Assembly: GCA_946529215.1 (NCBI GenBank)
Contig: CAMMZC010000008.1
Span: 17,656 to 81,655 of the forward strand
Direction of reading: 5' to 3'
Source of the DNA: an uncultured Clostridia bacterium
GTDB taxonomy: Bacteria; Bacillota; Clostridia; TANB77; CAG-508
DNA: 64,000 nucleotides
Part shown: positions 51,244 to 61,855 of the stretch, piece by piece
Position numbering within the stretch: the stretch's first letter is position 1
Layout: each line of letters starts with the position of its first letter
The notes under the pieces: model-generated
Told to the model about the DNA's origin: nothing
Databases searched by the model: none
What the model saw: the letters and a program-made list of their open reading frames with translations, nothing else
Program-made: the position numbers and the translations under genes

Positions 51244-51272
51244 ATTTTACCATATTATGTCTACTTTGTCAA
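51244..51272 (-). promoter_or_regulatory. Sigma-A promoter for the 1011-aa gene unit. On the minus strand it reads TTGACA-17 nt-TAAAAT.
   Basis: Reverse complement of the region is tttgacaaagtagacataatatggtaaaatgaaag. It lies between the ftsH terminator hairpin and the ATG at 51192. Confidence 0.5.
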
Positions 51273-51354
51273 ACTAATAAAATTCTTCTGTTGCAATAAC
51301 ATATATTTAATTTATCATACTTCATTTTCAAAAAATTCTTTATATTTATACAAC

Positions 51355-51387
51355 TTAAGCAGGCAAACTAACCATCTGCCTGCTTAA
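51355..51387. terminator. Hairpin terminator after ftsH (11-bp perfect stem).
   Basis: ttaagcaggcaaactaaccatctgcctgcttaa, 3 nt from the ftsH stop. Confidence 0.6.
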
Positions 51388-51390
51388 AAA

Positions 51391-53196
51391 TTATCCTTCA
51401 AAAACTCTATCAAATTCTTCTCCATCGATTTTTTCTTTTTCAAGTAATATTCCTGCAACAATGTGTAATTTGTCAATATTGCTTGATAAAATCTTTTTAG
51501 CCTTATCATAAGCAGTGTCAATTATTTTCTTTACTTCTTCATCTATAATAGCTGCTGTTTCTTCAGAATATGTTTTAGATTGAGCCAAATCTCTTCCTAA
51601 AAATACTTCTCCTTGATCTCCGTCAAACATTATAGTTCCTAGTCTATCACTCATACCATAAACTGTAACCATACTTCTTGCCATTTTTGTAGCTCTTTCA
51701 ATATCATTACTTGCACCTGTAGAAACATCATCTAAAATTAAGCTTTCGGCAACTCTTCCTCCAAGTAAAGACACAATTGTTTCTTCCATATATGTTTTAG
51801 ATATAAATGACTTATCTTCTGTAGGTCTATACATTGTATATCCTCCAGCTGTTCCACGAGGTACTATCGAAATTTCATGTACAGGATCTTGTGTTGGTAA
51901 AAATTTACTTACAACTGCATGACCTGCTTCATGGTATGCTACTAATTTCTTTTCATGTTCATTTCTAACTCTTGTTTTCTTTTCAGGACCCATTGTAACT
52001 TTTACCATAGCATCTTCTATTTCTCTCATTCCTATTTCTTGTAGATCTCTTCTTGCTGCTAAAAGTGCTGCTTCATTTAAAACATTCTCTAAATCTGCTC
52101 CTGCAAATCCTGATGTATTTTTTGCTATTATTTTTAAATCAACATCATCTGATAAACGTTTCTTTCTACTATGAACTTCAAGTATCTGCTCTCTTGCTTT
52201 TACATCTGGAGCTCCTACTACTATTTGTCTGTCAAATCTTCCTGGTCTTAATAAAGCTTTATCTAAAATGTCTGGTCTATTTGTTGCAGCTAATACTATA
52301 ACTCCTTCATTTGCAGCAAATCCATCCATCTCAACTAATAATTGGTTTAATGTTTGCTCTCTTTCATCATGTCCTCCGCCAAGTCCTGCACCTCTTTGAC
52401 GTCCTACTGCATCTATTTCATCTATAAATATAATACATGGCGAATTTCTTTTAGCTTGCTCAAATAAGTCTCTTACACGTGAAGCACCAACACCTACAAA
52501 CATTTCTACAAAGTCTGAACCACTTATTATAAAAAATGGCACTCCCGCTTCTCCCGCAACTGCTTTTGCTAAAAGTGTTTTACCAGTTCCCGGTTGACCT
52601 ACAAGCAATACTCCTTTTGGAATTCTTGCACCCATATCTGTGAATTTCTTTGGATTTTTTAAAAATTCTACTATTTCTTGTAATTCTTCTTTTTCTTCAT
52701 CTACACCCGCTACATCTTCAAATGTAATTTTATTCTTATCTGCTGTATTTACAAGTCTTGCTCTACTCTTTCCAAATGTAAGTGTTTTATTTCCACCTTG
52801 AGATCCATTTCCATTCATCATGAAAAACCAGAATACTAAGAAAATTGCTACTAACCCAAATGGCATTAATAGACTTAGTAGTGTAACCCATATAGATTTA
52901 GATGCACTTTCTATACTAAAGTTTCCTGCTTTTATATCTTCATTGGCATAACTCATAAAACTATCTAAACTAGGTATATTTACTTGTTTTGGTCCTTTCT
53001 GTGATTTTAATGTTACATAAGCAGATGTTCCTTCCGAACTTACCTCTATAGATTCCACATTTTTCTCCTCAATGTTTTCGATAAGTTCTGAGTAAGTCAT
53101 CTTTGAATTTGTGTTGTCTATTATTGATGAAATGACAACAATCAAAATGATTCCGATTATTAGCCATGTTGCTAATGATTTAATTCCGTTTTTCAC
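51391..53196 (-). CDS. ftsH: ATP-dependent zinc metalloprotease FtsH.
   Basis: Two N-terminal TM segments. AAA Walker A GQPGTGKT, Walker [14 protein letters not shown] zinc motif. Confidence 0.96.
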   Translation of the reverse strand: MKNGIKSLATWLIIGIILIVVISSIIDNTNSKMTYSELIENIEEKNVESIEVSSEGTSAYVTLKSQKGPKQVNIPSLDSFMSYANEDIKAGNFSIESASKSIWVTLLSLLMPFGLVAIFLVFWFFMMNGNGSQGGNKTLTFGKSRARLVNTADKNKITFEDVAGVDEEKEELQEIVEFLKNPKKFTDMGARIPKGVLLVGQPGTGKTLLAKAVAGEAGVPFFIISGSDFVEMFVGVGASRVRDLFEQAKRNSPCIIFIDEIDAVGRQRGAGLGGGHDEREQTLNQLLVEMDGFAANEGVIVLAATNRPDILDKALLRPGRFDRQIVVGAPDVKAREQILEVHSRKKRLSDDVDLKIIAKNTSGFAGADLENVLNEAALLAARRDLQEIGMREIEDAMVKVTMGPEKKTRVRNEHEKKLVAYHEAGHAVVSKFLPTQDPVHEISIVPRGTAGGYTMYRPTEDKSFISKTYMEETIVSLLGGRVAESLILDDVSTGASNDIERATKMARSMVTVYGMSDRLGTIMFDGDQGEVFLGRDLAQSKTYSEETAAIIDEEVKKIIDTAYDKAKKILSSNIDKLHIVAGILLEKEKIDGEEFDRVFEG

Positions 53197-53637
53197 GATT
53201 TTTCCTCCTTTTTAATTGGTGTTGTTTTTTTTTGTAAATTTGCACACCTCTTGATTTTTATTATTTGCAATATACCACATAAATATATGAAATGCAAGCT
53301 TTTTTTTATGTCATTTTTATTACATTTTCAAGGCTTTACGGAAAGCTACTTTAAGACAATATTTTTTTTAAAAAATTTCTACGCACCCCAAAAATTGGGG
53401 GTAAGCTGAGAATTGACGCAAATGCATTTTCAAACTAAAAATTGATTTTTTAGTATATTCATCTCAAATTATTCATTTAATACCTTTTTAAAGTCCTAAT
53501 TCTTGCATTTCTAGTTGTGGCCTGGCGTCTTTGTTTTACATTAAAAAATCGTTTACAAATTTTTATAAAAAATTAATAATTACTAAAAGCTTAATTTTTT
53601 CACTTTGTATTAAGCTGCATACTTAAAAGCTTAATAA

Positions 53638-54627
53638 CTATTTGTATGCAATAAAATGTATCTTCCCCTTATTTACTAAGACCTTTATATTCTTATTTGG
53701 CTTCAAGTACTTATTTCCGATGTTTTTCTCACACATTTTTATGATATCTTCTATATTAATTTTCTCGACATTTTGTGCATTCCCTAGTACTTTAGAAATT
53801 GTATATAATAACATTCTTTTTCTTATTAAAATATCTTTTGTGTTGAATTTTTTAAGATTTAAAATTATTTCTTCGTCAGTTTCTTCTATTTTTATTTCAT
53901 TATAGTTTTCAATAACTTGTTTTTGAATAAATTCGTCTGTTTCTGTTGCCACCTCTGAAAGCCTACTCATTGTTTCTATTATATTAGAATTAAATTCTTT
54001 TTTTACATAAGGCAAAACTATATTTCTTATTTTATTTCTTGTACAATCATTTTCAAAATTAGTTTTGTCAATTCTCGGTTTTAAATTATTCTCTTCTGCA
54101 TACTTTTCAATTTCTGCTCTTTCACATTCTATTATAGGTCTTATATATTTATTATCTCTAATTGGCTCAATCCCTCTTAATCCAGAAATTCCACTTCCTC
54201 TTATAATATTCATTATAATTGTTTCTGCTTTGTCATTTTTATTATGTGCAATTGCAATTTTATTTGCATTTTCTTTTTCTAAAATTTCATCAAAAAATTC
54301 ATATCTTAATTTTCTTCCAGCCTCTTCTAATCCCATTTTATTATTATTTGCATATTTTATAACATCTATTCTTTTTGAATAAAATTTTATATCATTTTTT
54401 TCACAATATTTTTTAACATATTCTTCATCATCATTTGCTTCTTCTCTAATTTGATGATTTATGTGACATGCAATAATTTCAAAATTTAAAATTTTATTTT
54501 CACAAAATTTATTTAAAATATGTAATAAAGAAATAGAGTCTGGACCGCCAGAAACTCCAACTATGACTCTATCTCCATCTTCTATTAAATTATATTTTTT
54601 AATTGTATCTAAAACTTTTTGCTCCAT
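53638..54627 (-). CDS. tilS: tRNA(Ile)-lysidine synthetase, short form (329 aa).
   Basis: PP-loop SGGPDS near the N-terminus. The C-terminal extension of long TilS proteins is missing. Confidence 0.85.
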   Translation of the reverse strand: MEQKVLDTIKKYNLIEDGDRVIVGVSGGPDSISLLHILNKFCENKILNFEIIACHINHQIREEANDDEEYVKKYCEKNDIKFYSKRIDVIKYANNNKMGLEEAGRKLRYEFFDEILEKENANKIAIAHNKNDKAETIIMNIIRGSGISGLRGIEPIRDNKYIRPIIECERAEIEKYAEENNLKPRIDKTNFENDCTRNKIRNIVLPYVKKEFNSNIIETMSRLSEVATETDEFIQKQVIENYNEIKIEETDEEIILNLKKFNTKDILIRKRMLLYTISKVLGNAQNVEKINIEDIIKMCEKNIGNKYLKPNKNIKVLVNKGKIHFIAYK

Positions 54628-54731
54628 TTTTACTCCTTTTAAGGTTCCTTTTTGGGACGGAGGAAAAAAGTAACCTCATTTTTTGTATTATATAATATTA
54701 TTTCTATGCAATATATTCATTATGTTGACCC

Positions 54732-56066
54732 TCATTCTTCGAACCCTCTCGCCAAATTCGCAAATTTTGTATAATTACCCATCCAAAGAAGTTTAACTTT
54801 TCCTGTTGAACCACCTCTGTGTTTTGCAATAATTACTTCTGTTAGGTCTTTATCTTCACTATCTTTGTTGTAATAATCATCTCTGTATAAAAACATAACA
54901 ATATCTGCATCTTGCTCTATAGAACCTGACTCACGTAAGTCTGAAAGCATTGGTCTATGGTCTTCTCTTTGTTCGACGGCACGAGATAGCTGTGATAATG
55001 CTATAACAGGAACATTTAACTCTTTTGCTAAGATTTTTAAAGAACGGCTTATTTCAGCTATTTCTTGTTCACGGCTTCCATTTCTTTTATTGCTTCCTTG
55101 TACTAATTGCAAATAATCTATTATAATAAGTCCAATATTCTTTTCCATTTTTAATTTTCTACATCTAGTTCGTATTTCCATAACAGAAATTCCTGGTGTA
55201 TCATCTATAAAAATATTTGCATCTGAAAGTGTCCCTAGCACATTTGCAACTTTGCTCCAATCTTCTTCTTCCAATTTTCCTGTTCTAATTTTGTTACTAT
55301 CCACCATTGCTTCACTACTCAAAATTCTGTCTACCAATTGATCTTTAGACATTTCTAGGTTAAATATTGCAACAGGCACATTTGACTTAATTGCAGCATT
55401 TGCAGCAATATTTAGTGCAAATGCAGATTTTCCCATTGCAGGACGAGCAGCTAACAAAATAAGTTCTGATCCATGAAGCCCTGTTGTCATATAATCTAAT
55501 TCCGAAAAACCTGTTGCAACACCTGTTATATGTTGTTTTCTGTTATATAATTCTTCAAGTTTTGTAATACTTTCTATTAAAACATCTTTTATTGGAGTAA
55601 AACCTGATTTATTTTTGTTTTGAATCAAATCAAAAATCTTCTTTTCTGCGCCATTCATAATATCTTCAACATCTTCTGTTCCATCATATCCAAGCTCTAT
55701 TATCTCATTTGCAGTTTTTATAAGATTACGAAGTGTAGATTTTTCCTGTACAATTGTTATGTATTTTTGAGCATTTGCAGTAGTTGGAACTTTCGCAGGA
55801 AGTAAAGCTAAATACTCCATTCCTCCAATTTTATCAAAAAGCCCCATAGACTCAAGTTCGTCTTTTACTGTAATTAAATCTACAGGTTCAGATCTATTAT
55901 ATAAATTTATCATTGCTTCAAAAATTGCTTTATTATCATCTCTATAAAAATTATCTGGTTTTAATCTTTCCACGGCAAGCATAACTGCATCTTTATCTGT
56001 AAGCATACTTCCTATAACTGCTTGCTCTGCTTCTATATCATGTGGTGGTACTTTTCCTAATTCCAT
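54732..56066 (-). CDS. dnaB: Replicative DNA helicase (DnaB family; DnaC in the B. subtilis nomenclature).
   Basis: Walker A GARPAMGKSAF, motif IIIDYLQL. The start is trimmed to the ATG (MELGKVPP...) preceded by GAAGGAGA. The listed ORF begins 22 codons earlier, with no RBS. Confidence 0.9.
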   Translation of the reverse strand: MELGKVPPHDIEAEQAVIGSMLTDKDAVMLAVERLKPDNFYRDDNKAIFEAMINLYNRSEPVDLITVKDELESMGLFDKIGGMEYLALLPAKVPTTANAQKYITIVQEKSTLRNLIKTANEIIELGYDGTEDVEDIMNGAEKKIFDLIQNKNKSGFTPIKDVLIESITKLEELYNRKQHITGVATGFSELDYMTTGLHGSELILLAARPAMGKSAFALNIAANAAIKSNVPVAIFNLEMSKDQLVDRILSSEAMVDSNKIRTGKLEEEDWSKVANVLGTLSDANIFIDDTPGISVMEIRTRCRKLKMEKNIGLIIIDYLQLVQGSNKRNGSREQEIAEISRSLKILAKELNVPVIALSQLSRAVEQREDHRPMLSDLRESGSIEQDADIVMFLYRDDYYNKDSEDKDLTEVIIAKHRGGSTGKVKLLWMGNYTKFANLARGFEE

Positions 56067-56211
56067 AATCCATTCTCCTTCTATTTGGGGACGGGGTAAA
56101 AATTCACTCACGTCCATTTTTGAGCTCAACATTTTGAACTTTCTTTTATGGACCGAGAAAAAAGTAACCTCAATTCACCAAATATTAACAACCCCTATTG
56201 TTGAATTGTAC

Positions 56212-56655
56212 TTATATTTTAGTTGCAACCTTTACTGTTCCAACTACTCCCTCAAATAGCTTTATATCTACCCTTTTTACACCTAATATTTTTATAGGTT
56301 CTTTTAAATCTATTTTCTTTTTATCTACTTTTATTTGATACTCGTTTTCTAATCTTTCTGCTATTTCTTTACTTGAAATACCTCCAAATATCTTTCCGTT
56401 TTCTCCTGCTTTAACTTTAAACTCTAATGTTAATTTTGAAAGTTTCTCCGCAACTTTTTCAGCTTCTTCTTTTTCAACATTTTTCTTAAATGCTGCTGAA
56501 TCTTTTTTTGTTTGTAATTTTGCTAAATTTCCTGGTGTTGCTTCTACTGCCAAATCTTTTGCAAATAAATAATTTCTTGCATATCCATCAGATACATTTA
56601 TTACTTCATCTTTTTTTCCTATGCTTTTTATATTTTCTTTTAAAATTACTTTCAT
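56212..56655 (-). CDS. rplI: 50S ribosomal protein L9.
   Basis: MKVILKENIKSIGKKDEVINVSDGYARNYL is the canonical L9 N-terminus. GGAGGT is 8 nt upstream. The listed ORF has a spurious 24-codon N-terminal extension. Confidence 0.92.
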   Translation of the reverse strand: MKVILKENIKSIGKKDEVINVSDGYARNYLFAKDLAVEATPGNLAKLQTKKDSAAFKKNVEKEEAEKVAEKLSKLTLEFKVKAGENGKIFGGISSKEIAERLENEYQIKVDKKKIDLKEPIKILGVKRVDIKLFEGVVGTVKVATKI

Positions 56656-56729
56656 TTTGCACCTCCAAATTTTATACACATATTGTACTACATTTTTTAT
56701 AAAATAGCAATAGATTTTGAATAACACAG

Positions 56730-56757
56730 CCCCTAAACATAAGCTTATGTTTAGGGG
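56730..56757. repeat. Perfect 28-bp palindrome (13-bp stem) between gdpP and rplI.
   Basis: cccctaaacataagcttatgtttagggg read directly. There is no flanking U-run. Confidence 0.8.
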
Positions 56758-56796
56758 TACTGCTATGTAAACTATTTTATTATCTTTTATTCATCT

Positions 56797-58818
56797 TTAA
56801 CTTTCTGTTTCTTCAAAATATTCATCTATTCTTTGAAGTAACTCTTGTTTAACTTCATCAATAGTTTTCCCTGTAACTTGAGCTCCTGCAACAGTACTAT
56901 GTCCGCCACCGCCCATCTTTTCAAGTATAAGTTGAACATTTATTTCTCCAACAGATCTTCCGCTAATACTTACTCCTGTTTCTGTAGTTCCTAAAACAAA
57001 AGATGTAGTAATATTTCCAATTGTAAGAAGTTCATCTGCCGCTTTTGCACATACAATTCCTGCATCTTTATCTTCACTTACATAAGTTGAAATTCCGATA
57101 ATGTCTTTTATAACCTCAGTTTTCTCAACAATATTCATTATTTTTTTGTAGGTTTCTAAATCTGTTTGGAACCATTTTTTAACTTTTATAATATCTATTC
57201 CATATCTTCTTAAATATGCTGCAGCTTCAAAAGTTCTTACACCTGTTTTAAATGTAAAGTTTTTTGTATCCATCATAATTCCTGCATACAAAGCTTCTGC
57301 TTCTAATGTTGTAAGTTTTGGTTGAACTTCTGTATATTGCAAAACCTCTGTTACAAGCTCTGCTGCAGATGATGCATATACTTCATGGAATGTTAAAATA
57401 CTATCTTTTATAAAATCTGTGCTTCTTCTATGATGATCTATTATTGCTATTTTTCCAGCTTTATCTAATAACTCTGGCATTTCCACATAATCAGCCTTAT
57501 TTGTATCTACTACCACTAATAAAGTATCTGGTGTTATTTGATTTTCTGCAACTTCTTTATTTATTATAACATCTTTGTATTCCGCATCTTCATTTAAACT
57601 TTGAACTATTTCTTTTAAAGCTAATCCCTCTGTTGATGCAACAATATTTGCTTTTTTATCTAAACTTTTAGCCAATCTGCAAATTCCAAGTGCAGAACCA
57701 ATTGCATCTATATCTGGATTTTTATGTCCCATTATCATAATTTGTTCAGATTCTTTTATAAGTTCTTCTAATGCATGAGCAACAATTCTTGCTTTAACTT
57801 TTGTTCTTTTTTCAAACTCAGTTGTTCTTCCACCAAAGAATTGATATTTTTCATTCTCTCTAATAGTTGCCTGATCTCCACCACGTCCTAAAATAACATC
57901 CATTGCAGCTACTGCTGTTTTGTATTTTTCTTTATTAGACTCACCATCATTTGAAATTGAAATACTTAGAGTTACTTGAACTTTATTGTTTATTGTAATA
58001 TCTTTTATTGTATCTAAAATGCTAAATTTATCTTCTTTTATTTTTTCAAGATATTTGTAATCAAAAATATAAACAAATCTGTCTCTATCTGCCTTAATTA
58101 AAATTCCGTCAATTCTATTTGCCCATTCATAAATTGATTTTTCTATTTCTGCTATAACTTGTGGTCTTTCTTCCGCATCTAATTGAAGCATTGTTTCTTC
58201 ATAATTGTCTATCATAACAATACCAATGCAATTTTTAGAATTCTCATACTCTCTTTTAAGTTTATTTTCTTCTGTCTCATCTATAAAATATAAAATCATC
58301 ATATATTTATCAGATTGTTTTTTTCTATCCATTGTACCAGACTTAATGAACTCACCTAGTACTTTATAATCATTGTTACCAATCCTAATATTTTCTCTAA
58401 TATTTTTGTCTTTTTCATCTTTTTGAAGTTCTATCTTTTTGTTTATATTCTCTAATAAATCACCTATATATATTGACATATCTTCATTTGCAAATTCAGA
58501 TACATATCTTGTACTTCTCCAAATAATATTTCCATCTGTTTCTAAAATAATCAATGGAAATGGTGAGTGAATCAAACTATTTTTTGCAGCAGCATTAACA
58601 TTTAATGTTAAATCTTGTAAATGCTGAGAAATCTCACTCTTTCTTTTGTTATTTGCAAAATATGTATATCCAATAATTAATGCAAATATAATAATTGAAG
58701 GTATTATCATTATTGGCTTTAGTAAGCAAATTATGACTAATAAAATAAATATTAGTACTAAATATATTTTGGTTCTTGATACTAAACTATCAAAAATCCT
58801 TCTATTGCTGTTTTGCAT
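56797..58818 (-). CDS. gdpP: Cyclic-di-AMP phosphodiesterase GdpP (DHH/DHHA1 with N-terminal TM helices and a degenerate GGDEF region).
   Basis: Two N-terminal TM segments. The DHH motif is IAIIDHHRR. The ...GGGGH DHHA1 signature is near the C-terminus. It is in the conserved gdpP-rplI-dnaB arrangement of Firmicutes. Confidence 0.85.
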   Translation of the reverse strand: MQNSNRRIFDSLVSRTKIYLVLIFILLVIICLLKPIMIIPSIIIFALIIGYTYFANNKRKSEISQHLQDLTLNVNAAAKNSLIHSPFPLIILETDGNIIWRSTRYVSEFANEDMSIYIGDLLENINKKIELQKDEKDKNIRENIRIGNNDYKVLGEFIKSGTMDRKKQSDKYMMILYFIDETEENKLKREYENSKNCIGIVMIDNYEETMLQLDAEERPQVIAEIEKSIYEWANRIDGILIKADRDRFVYIFDYKYLEKIKEDKFSILDTIKDITINNKVQVTLSISISNDGESNKEKYKTAVAAMDVILGRGGDQATIRENEKYQFFGGRTTEFEKRTKVKARIVAHALEELIKESEQIMIMGHKNPDIDAIGSALGICRLAKSLDKKANIVASTEGLALKEIVQSLNEDAEYKDVIINKEVAENQITPDTLLVVVDTNKADYVEMPELLDKAGKIAIIDHHRRSTDFIKDSILTFHEVYASSAAELVTEVLQYTEVQPKLTTLEAEALYAGIMMDTKNFTFKTGVRTFEAAAYLRRYGIDIIKVKKWFQTDLETYKKIMNIVEKTEVIKDIIGISTYVSEDKDAGIVCAKAADELLTIGNITTSFVLGTTETGVSISGRSVGEINVQLILEKMGGGGHSTVAGAQVTGKTIDEVKQELLQRIDEYFEETES

Positions 58819-59021
58819 ATATTCCCCCTTTATAGGTTTTAATTCATTTTATTATAATAATTAAATATTAAATTATAACTTTTTAAGCAAATAAAAGTTA
58901 TTTTTTTACGTATATATTGTACAACTAATTCATTTTTTTGTCAAATTTATTGCAATTTAAGTAAAAATATGGTAATATATTTCCATATTATTAATAAAAA
59001 GAAAGGTGGAGATTACATAAA

Positions 59022-59375
59022 ATGGATATTTCTCGTCTAGTTAAACATAAGCTAAACATAGCTCAATTTCGAGTTCCTCCTATTTCCTCAAAATCAATAT
59101 CATATACACCGACAACAAAAAGATTTACTATAACTGGTGTAAAAGAAGGTAGTGGTTTTACCTATACTGATACAAATGGAGAAGAAAACATAATTCCATT
59201 CAAATGTATAACTGATATGTTCTTTAACAGCAAAAATGCTAGTCAATACATTGGGAAAAAAATTACAGCATTTTTTACATATAAAATGGTAAAAGGAAAA
59301 ATGACATGCGTTAAAATAAGTGCTACTTTTCGTGATTTTTCCCAAATAAAAAGTGATATAGAAAGAGATATATAG
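59022..59375 (+). CDS. Hypothetical small protein (117 aa).
   Basis: RBS AAAGGTGGAG. It ends 14 nt before leuS. No recognisable motif. Confidence 0.45.
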   Translation: MDISRLVKHKLNIAQFRVPPISSKSISYTPTTKRFTITGVKEGSGFTYTDTNGEENIIPFKCITDMFFNSKNASQYIGKKITAFFTYKMVKGKMTCVKISATFRDFSQIKSDIERDI

Positions 59376-59389
59376 AAAGGAGCGATACT

Positions 59390-61798
59390 ATGGCTTATGA
59401 TTTTAAAAAAGTAGAAAAAAAATGGCAACTTAAATGGGACGCAGAAGGCACATTTAATGCCACAAATGATTATAAAAAGAAAAAATGGTATGGACTTATA
59501 GAATTCCCATATCCATCAGGACAAGGGTTACATGTAGGTCACCCAAGAAGCTATACAGCACTTGATGTAATAGCAAGAAAAAAGAGATTACAAGGATATA
59601 ATGTACTTTATCCAATAGGATTTGATGCATTTGGTCTTCCTGCAGAAAACTATGCAATTAAGACAAATGTTCATCCAAAAATTACAACTCAGAAAAATAT
59701 TGCACATTTTACAGAGCAGTTGAAAGCTTTAGGATTTTCATTTGATTGGTCAAGAGTTGTTGATACCACAGATCCTAATTACTATAAATGGACACAATGG
59801 ATTTTTATTCAATTATATAAACATGGATTAGCATATAAAGCTACAATGCCAATTAACTTCTGCACAGGATGTAAAGTTGGGCTAGCAAATGAAGAAGTTG
59901 TAAATGGTGTATGTGAAAGATGTGGCAGCCCTGTAGTTCAAAAAGAAAAATCTCAATGGATGCTTAAAATTACAGAATATGCACAAAGATTAATAGATGA
60001 TTTAGATGAAGTAGATTTCTTAGAAAAAATAAAAGTTCAACAACGTAACTGGATTGGACGTAGTGAAGGAGCAGAAGTTGAATTTAAAATTGCAAATACT
60101 GATGAAACATTACAAGTATTTACAACAAGACCAGATACTTTATTCGGAGCTACATACATGGTAATTGCTCCTGAGCATAAATTAATAGAAAAATTTGCAG
60201 ATAGAATAACAAATCTTGATGAAGTTAAGGATTATCAACATAAAGCTGCATTAAAATCTGATTTTGAAAGATCAGAAATAAATAAAGAAAAAACAGGTGT
60301 TGAAGTAAAAGGAATTAAAGCAATCAATCCTTTAACAAACCAAGAAATTCCGATTTGGATTTCAGATTACGTACTTTCTAGTTACGGAACAGGTGCTATA
60401 ATGGCAGTTCCTGCACATGACACAAGAGACTTCGAATTTGCAACAAAATTTAATTTACCAATAATCCAAGTTGTAAAACCTGCAGATAATTCAGAAGTAG
60501 AATTACCTTTTACAGATGTTGAAACAGGTATTTCTGTAAATTCAGGATTTTTAACAGGTCTTTCTGTAGAAGATGCAAAAAGAAAAGTTACAGAATATTT
60601 AGAAGAAAACAAAATTGGAGCAAAAAAAGTAAATTATAAATTACGTGATTGGGTATTTTCACGTCAAAGATACTGGGGTGAACCAATTCCAATGGTATAT
60701 TGTGACTGCTGTGGATGGGTTCCTCTTGATGAAAAAGATTTACCTTTAACTCTTCCAGAAGTTGAAGACTTTTTGCCAGGAGAAAATGGTGAATCTCCAC
60801 TTGCAAAACAAACTGAATGGATTAATACCACTTGTCCTAAATGTGGAAAACCTGCAAAAAGAGAAACAGACACAATGCCTCAATGGGCAGGATCTAGTTG
60901 GTATTTCTTAAGATATATGGACCCACACAATGCCACAGAATTAGCATCAAAAGAAGCTCTTGAATATTGGTGCCCAATAGATTGGTACAATGGTGGTATG
61001 GAACACACCACTTTACACTTACTATATTCAAGATTTTGGCATAAATTCTTATATGACATTGGAGTTGTTCCAACAAAAGAGCCTTATGCAAAAAGAACTT
61101 CACATGGTATGATTCTTGGAACAAATGGTGAAAAAATGTCTAAGTCAAAAGGTAATGTTATAAACCCAGATGACATAGTAAATGAATTTGGAGCAGATAC
61201 ATTTAGAGTTTATGAGATGTTTATGGGACCTTTTGATCAAACAGCTGCATGGTCTATGGAAAGTATTCGTGGATGTGGAAAATTCTTAGATAGAGTTTGG
61301 AATATGCAAGAATTTATGATAGATGGAGATTCATACTCTCCAGAATATGAAAAAATGATGCATAAAGCTATTAAGAAAGTTACAAATGATATTGAAGAAA
61401 TGAAATTTAACACATGTATTTCTACATTTATGACTATGGTTAATGAATTCTATAAACTAAAAAGAATAAATAAAGCTGAATTTAAAACATTTTTAACATT
61501 ACTTAATCCTTTTGCACCACACATAACAGAAGAATTAAATAAATTAATTGGTTTTGAATCAGATATTTCTACATATACTTGGCCAGAATATGATGATGCA
61601 AAAACTATAGATGACGAGATTGAAATCCCTGTTCAAGTAAATGGAAAACTAAAAGCTACAATTAGAATAGTTTTAGATGAAGAAGAAGCTCTAGTTAAAG
61701 AAAAAGCACTAGATGCAATTTCTAGCATGATAGATGGAAAAAGTATTATAAAAGAAATTTATGTTAAAAATAAAATTTACAATGTGGTTGTAAAATAA
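59390..61798 (+). CDS. leuS: Leucine--tRNA ligase.
   Basis: HVGHPRSY (HIGH) and KMSKS motifs. 802 aa with CP1 editing domain features. Confidence 0.96.
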   Translation: MAYDFKKVEKKWQLKWDAEGTFNATNDYKKKKWYGLIEFPYPSGQGLHVGHPRSYTALDVIARKKRLQGYNVLYPIGFDAFGLPAENYAIKTNVHPKITTQKNIAHFTEQLKALGFSFDWSRVVDTTDPNYYKWTQWIFIQLYKHGLAYKATMPINFCTGCKVGLANEEVVNGVCERCGSPVVQKEKSQWMLKITEYAQRLIDDLDEVDFLEKIKVQQRNWIGRSEGAEVEFKIANTDETLQVFTTRPDTLFGATYMVIAPEHKLIEKFADRITNLDEVKDYQHKAALKSDFERSEINKEKTGVEVKGIKAINPLTNQEIPIWISDYVLSSYGTGAIMAVPAHDTRDFEFATKFNLPIIQVVKPADNSEVELPFTDVETGISVNSGFLTGLSVEDAKRKVTEYLEENKIGAKKVNYKLRDWVFSRQRYWGEPIPMVYCDCCGWVPLDEKDLPLTLPEVEDFLPGENGESPLAKQTEWINTTCPKCGKPAKRETDTMPQWAGSSWYFLRYMDPHNATELASKEALEYWCPIDWYNGGMEHTTLHLLYSRFWHKFLYDIGVVPTKEPYAKRTSHGMILGTNGEKMSKSKGNVINPDDIVNEFGADTFRVYEMFMGPFDQTAAWSMESIRGCGKFLDRVWNMQEFMIDGDSYSPEYEKMMHKAIKKVTNDIEEMKFNTCISTFMTMVNEFYKLKRINKAEFKTFLTLLNPFAPHITEELNKLIGFESDISTYTWPEYDDAKTIDDEIEIPVQVNGKLKATIRIVLDEEEALVKEKALDAISSMIDGKSIIKEIYVKNKIYNVVVK

Positions 61799-61803
61799 AC
61801 ATA

Positions 61804-61837
61804 AAAACTCGAATTATTAGCGTAATTCGAGTTTTTA
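61804..61837. terminator. Bidirectional rho-independent terminator between leuS (+) and the convergent 61856..62554 gene (-).
   Basis: aaaaactcgaattattagcgtaattcgagttttt: a 10-bp stem flanked by A5 and T5. Confidence 0.8.
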
Positions 61838-61855
61838 TGTTTATTTAAATCTTTT

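Noticed and set aside
51435-51450. The GGYGRGKT string in the 1011-aa protein as evidence of an ATPase.
   Set aside because: It matches the Walker A regular expression. However, it lacks the preceding hydrophobic beta-strand context and there is no Walker B or arginine finger anywhere. It is kept only as a note.
52440-53356. 17-nt exact match 'catttttattacatttt' between 19844-19860 and 53308-53324.
   Set aside because: It consists almost entirely of A/T. In a 64-kb sequence of about 73% AT, one or two such matches are expected by chance.
56656-56727. 24-codon N-terminal extension of rplI (MLFKIYCYFIKNVVQYVYKIWRCK) in the listed ORF.
   Set aside because: The canonical L9 N-terminus MKVILKE begins at 56655, preceded by GGAGGT. 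The extension has no RBS and runs into the palindrome region.
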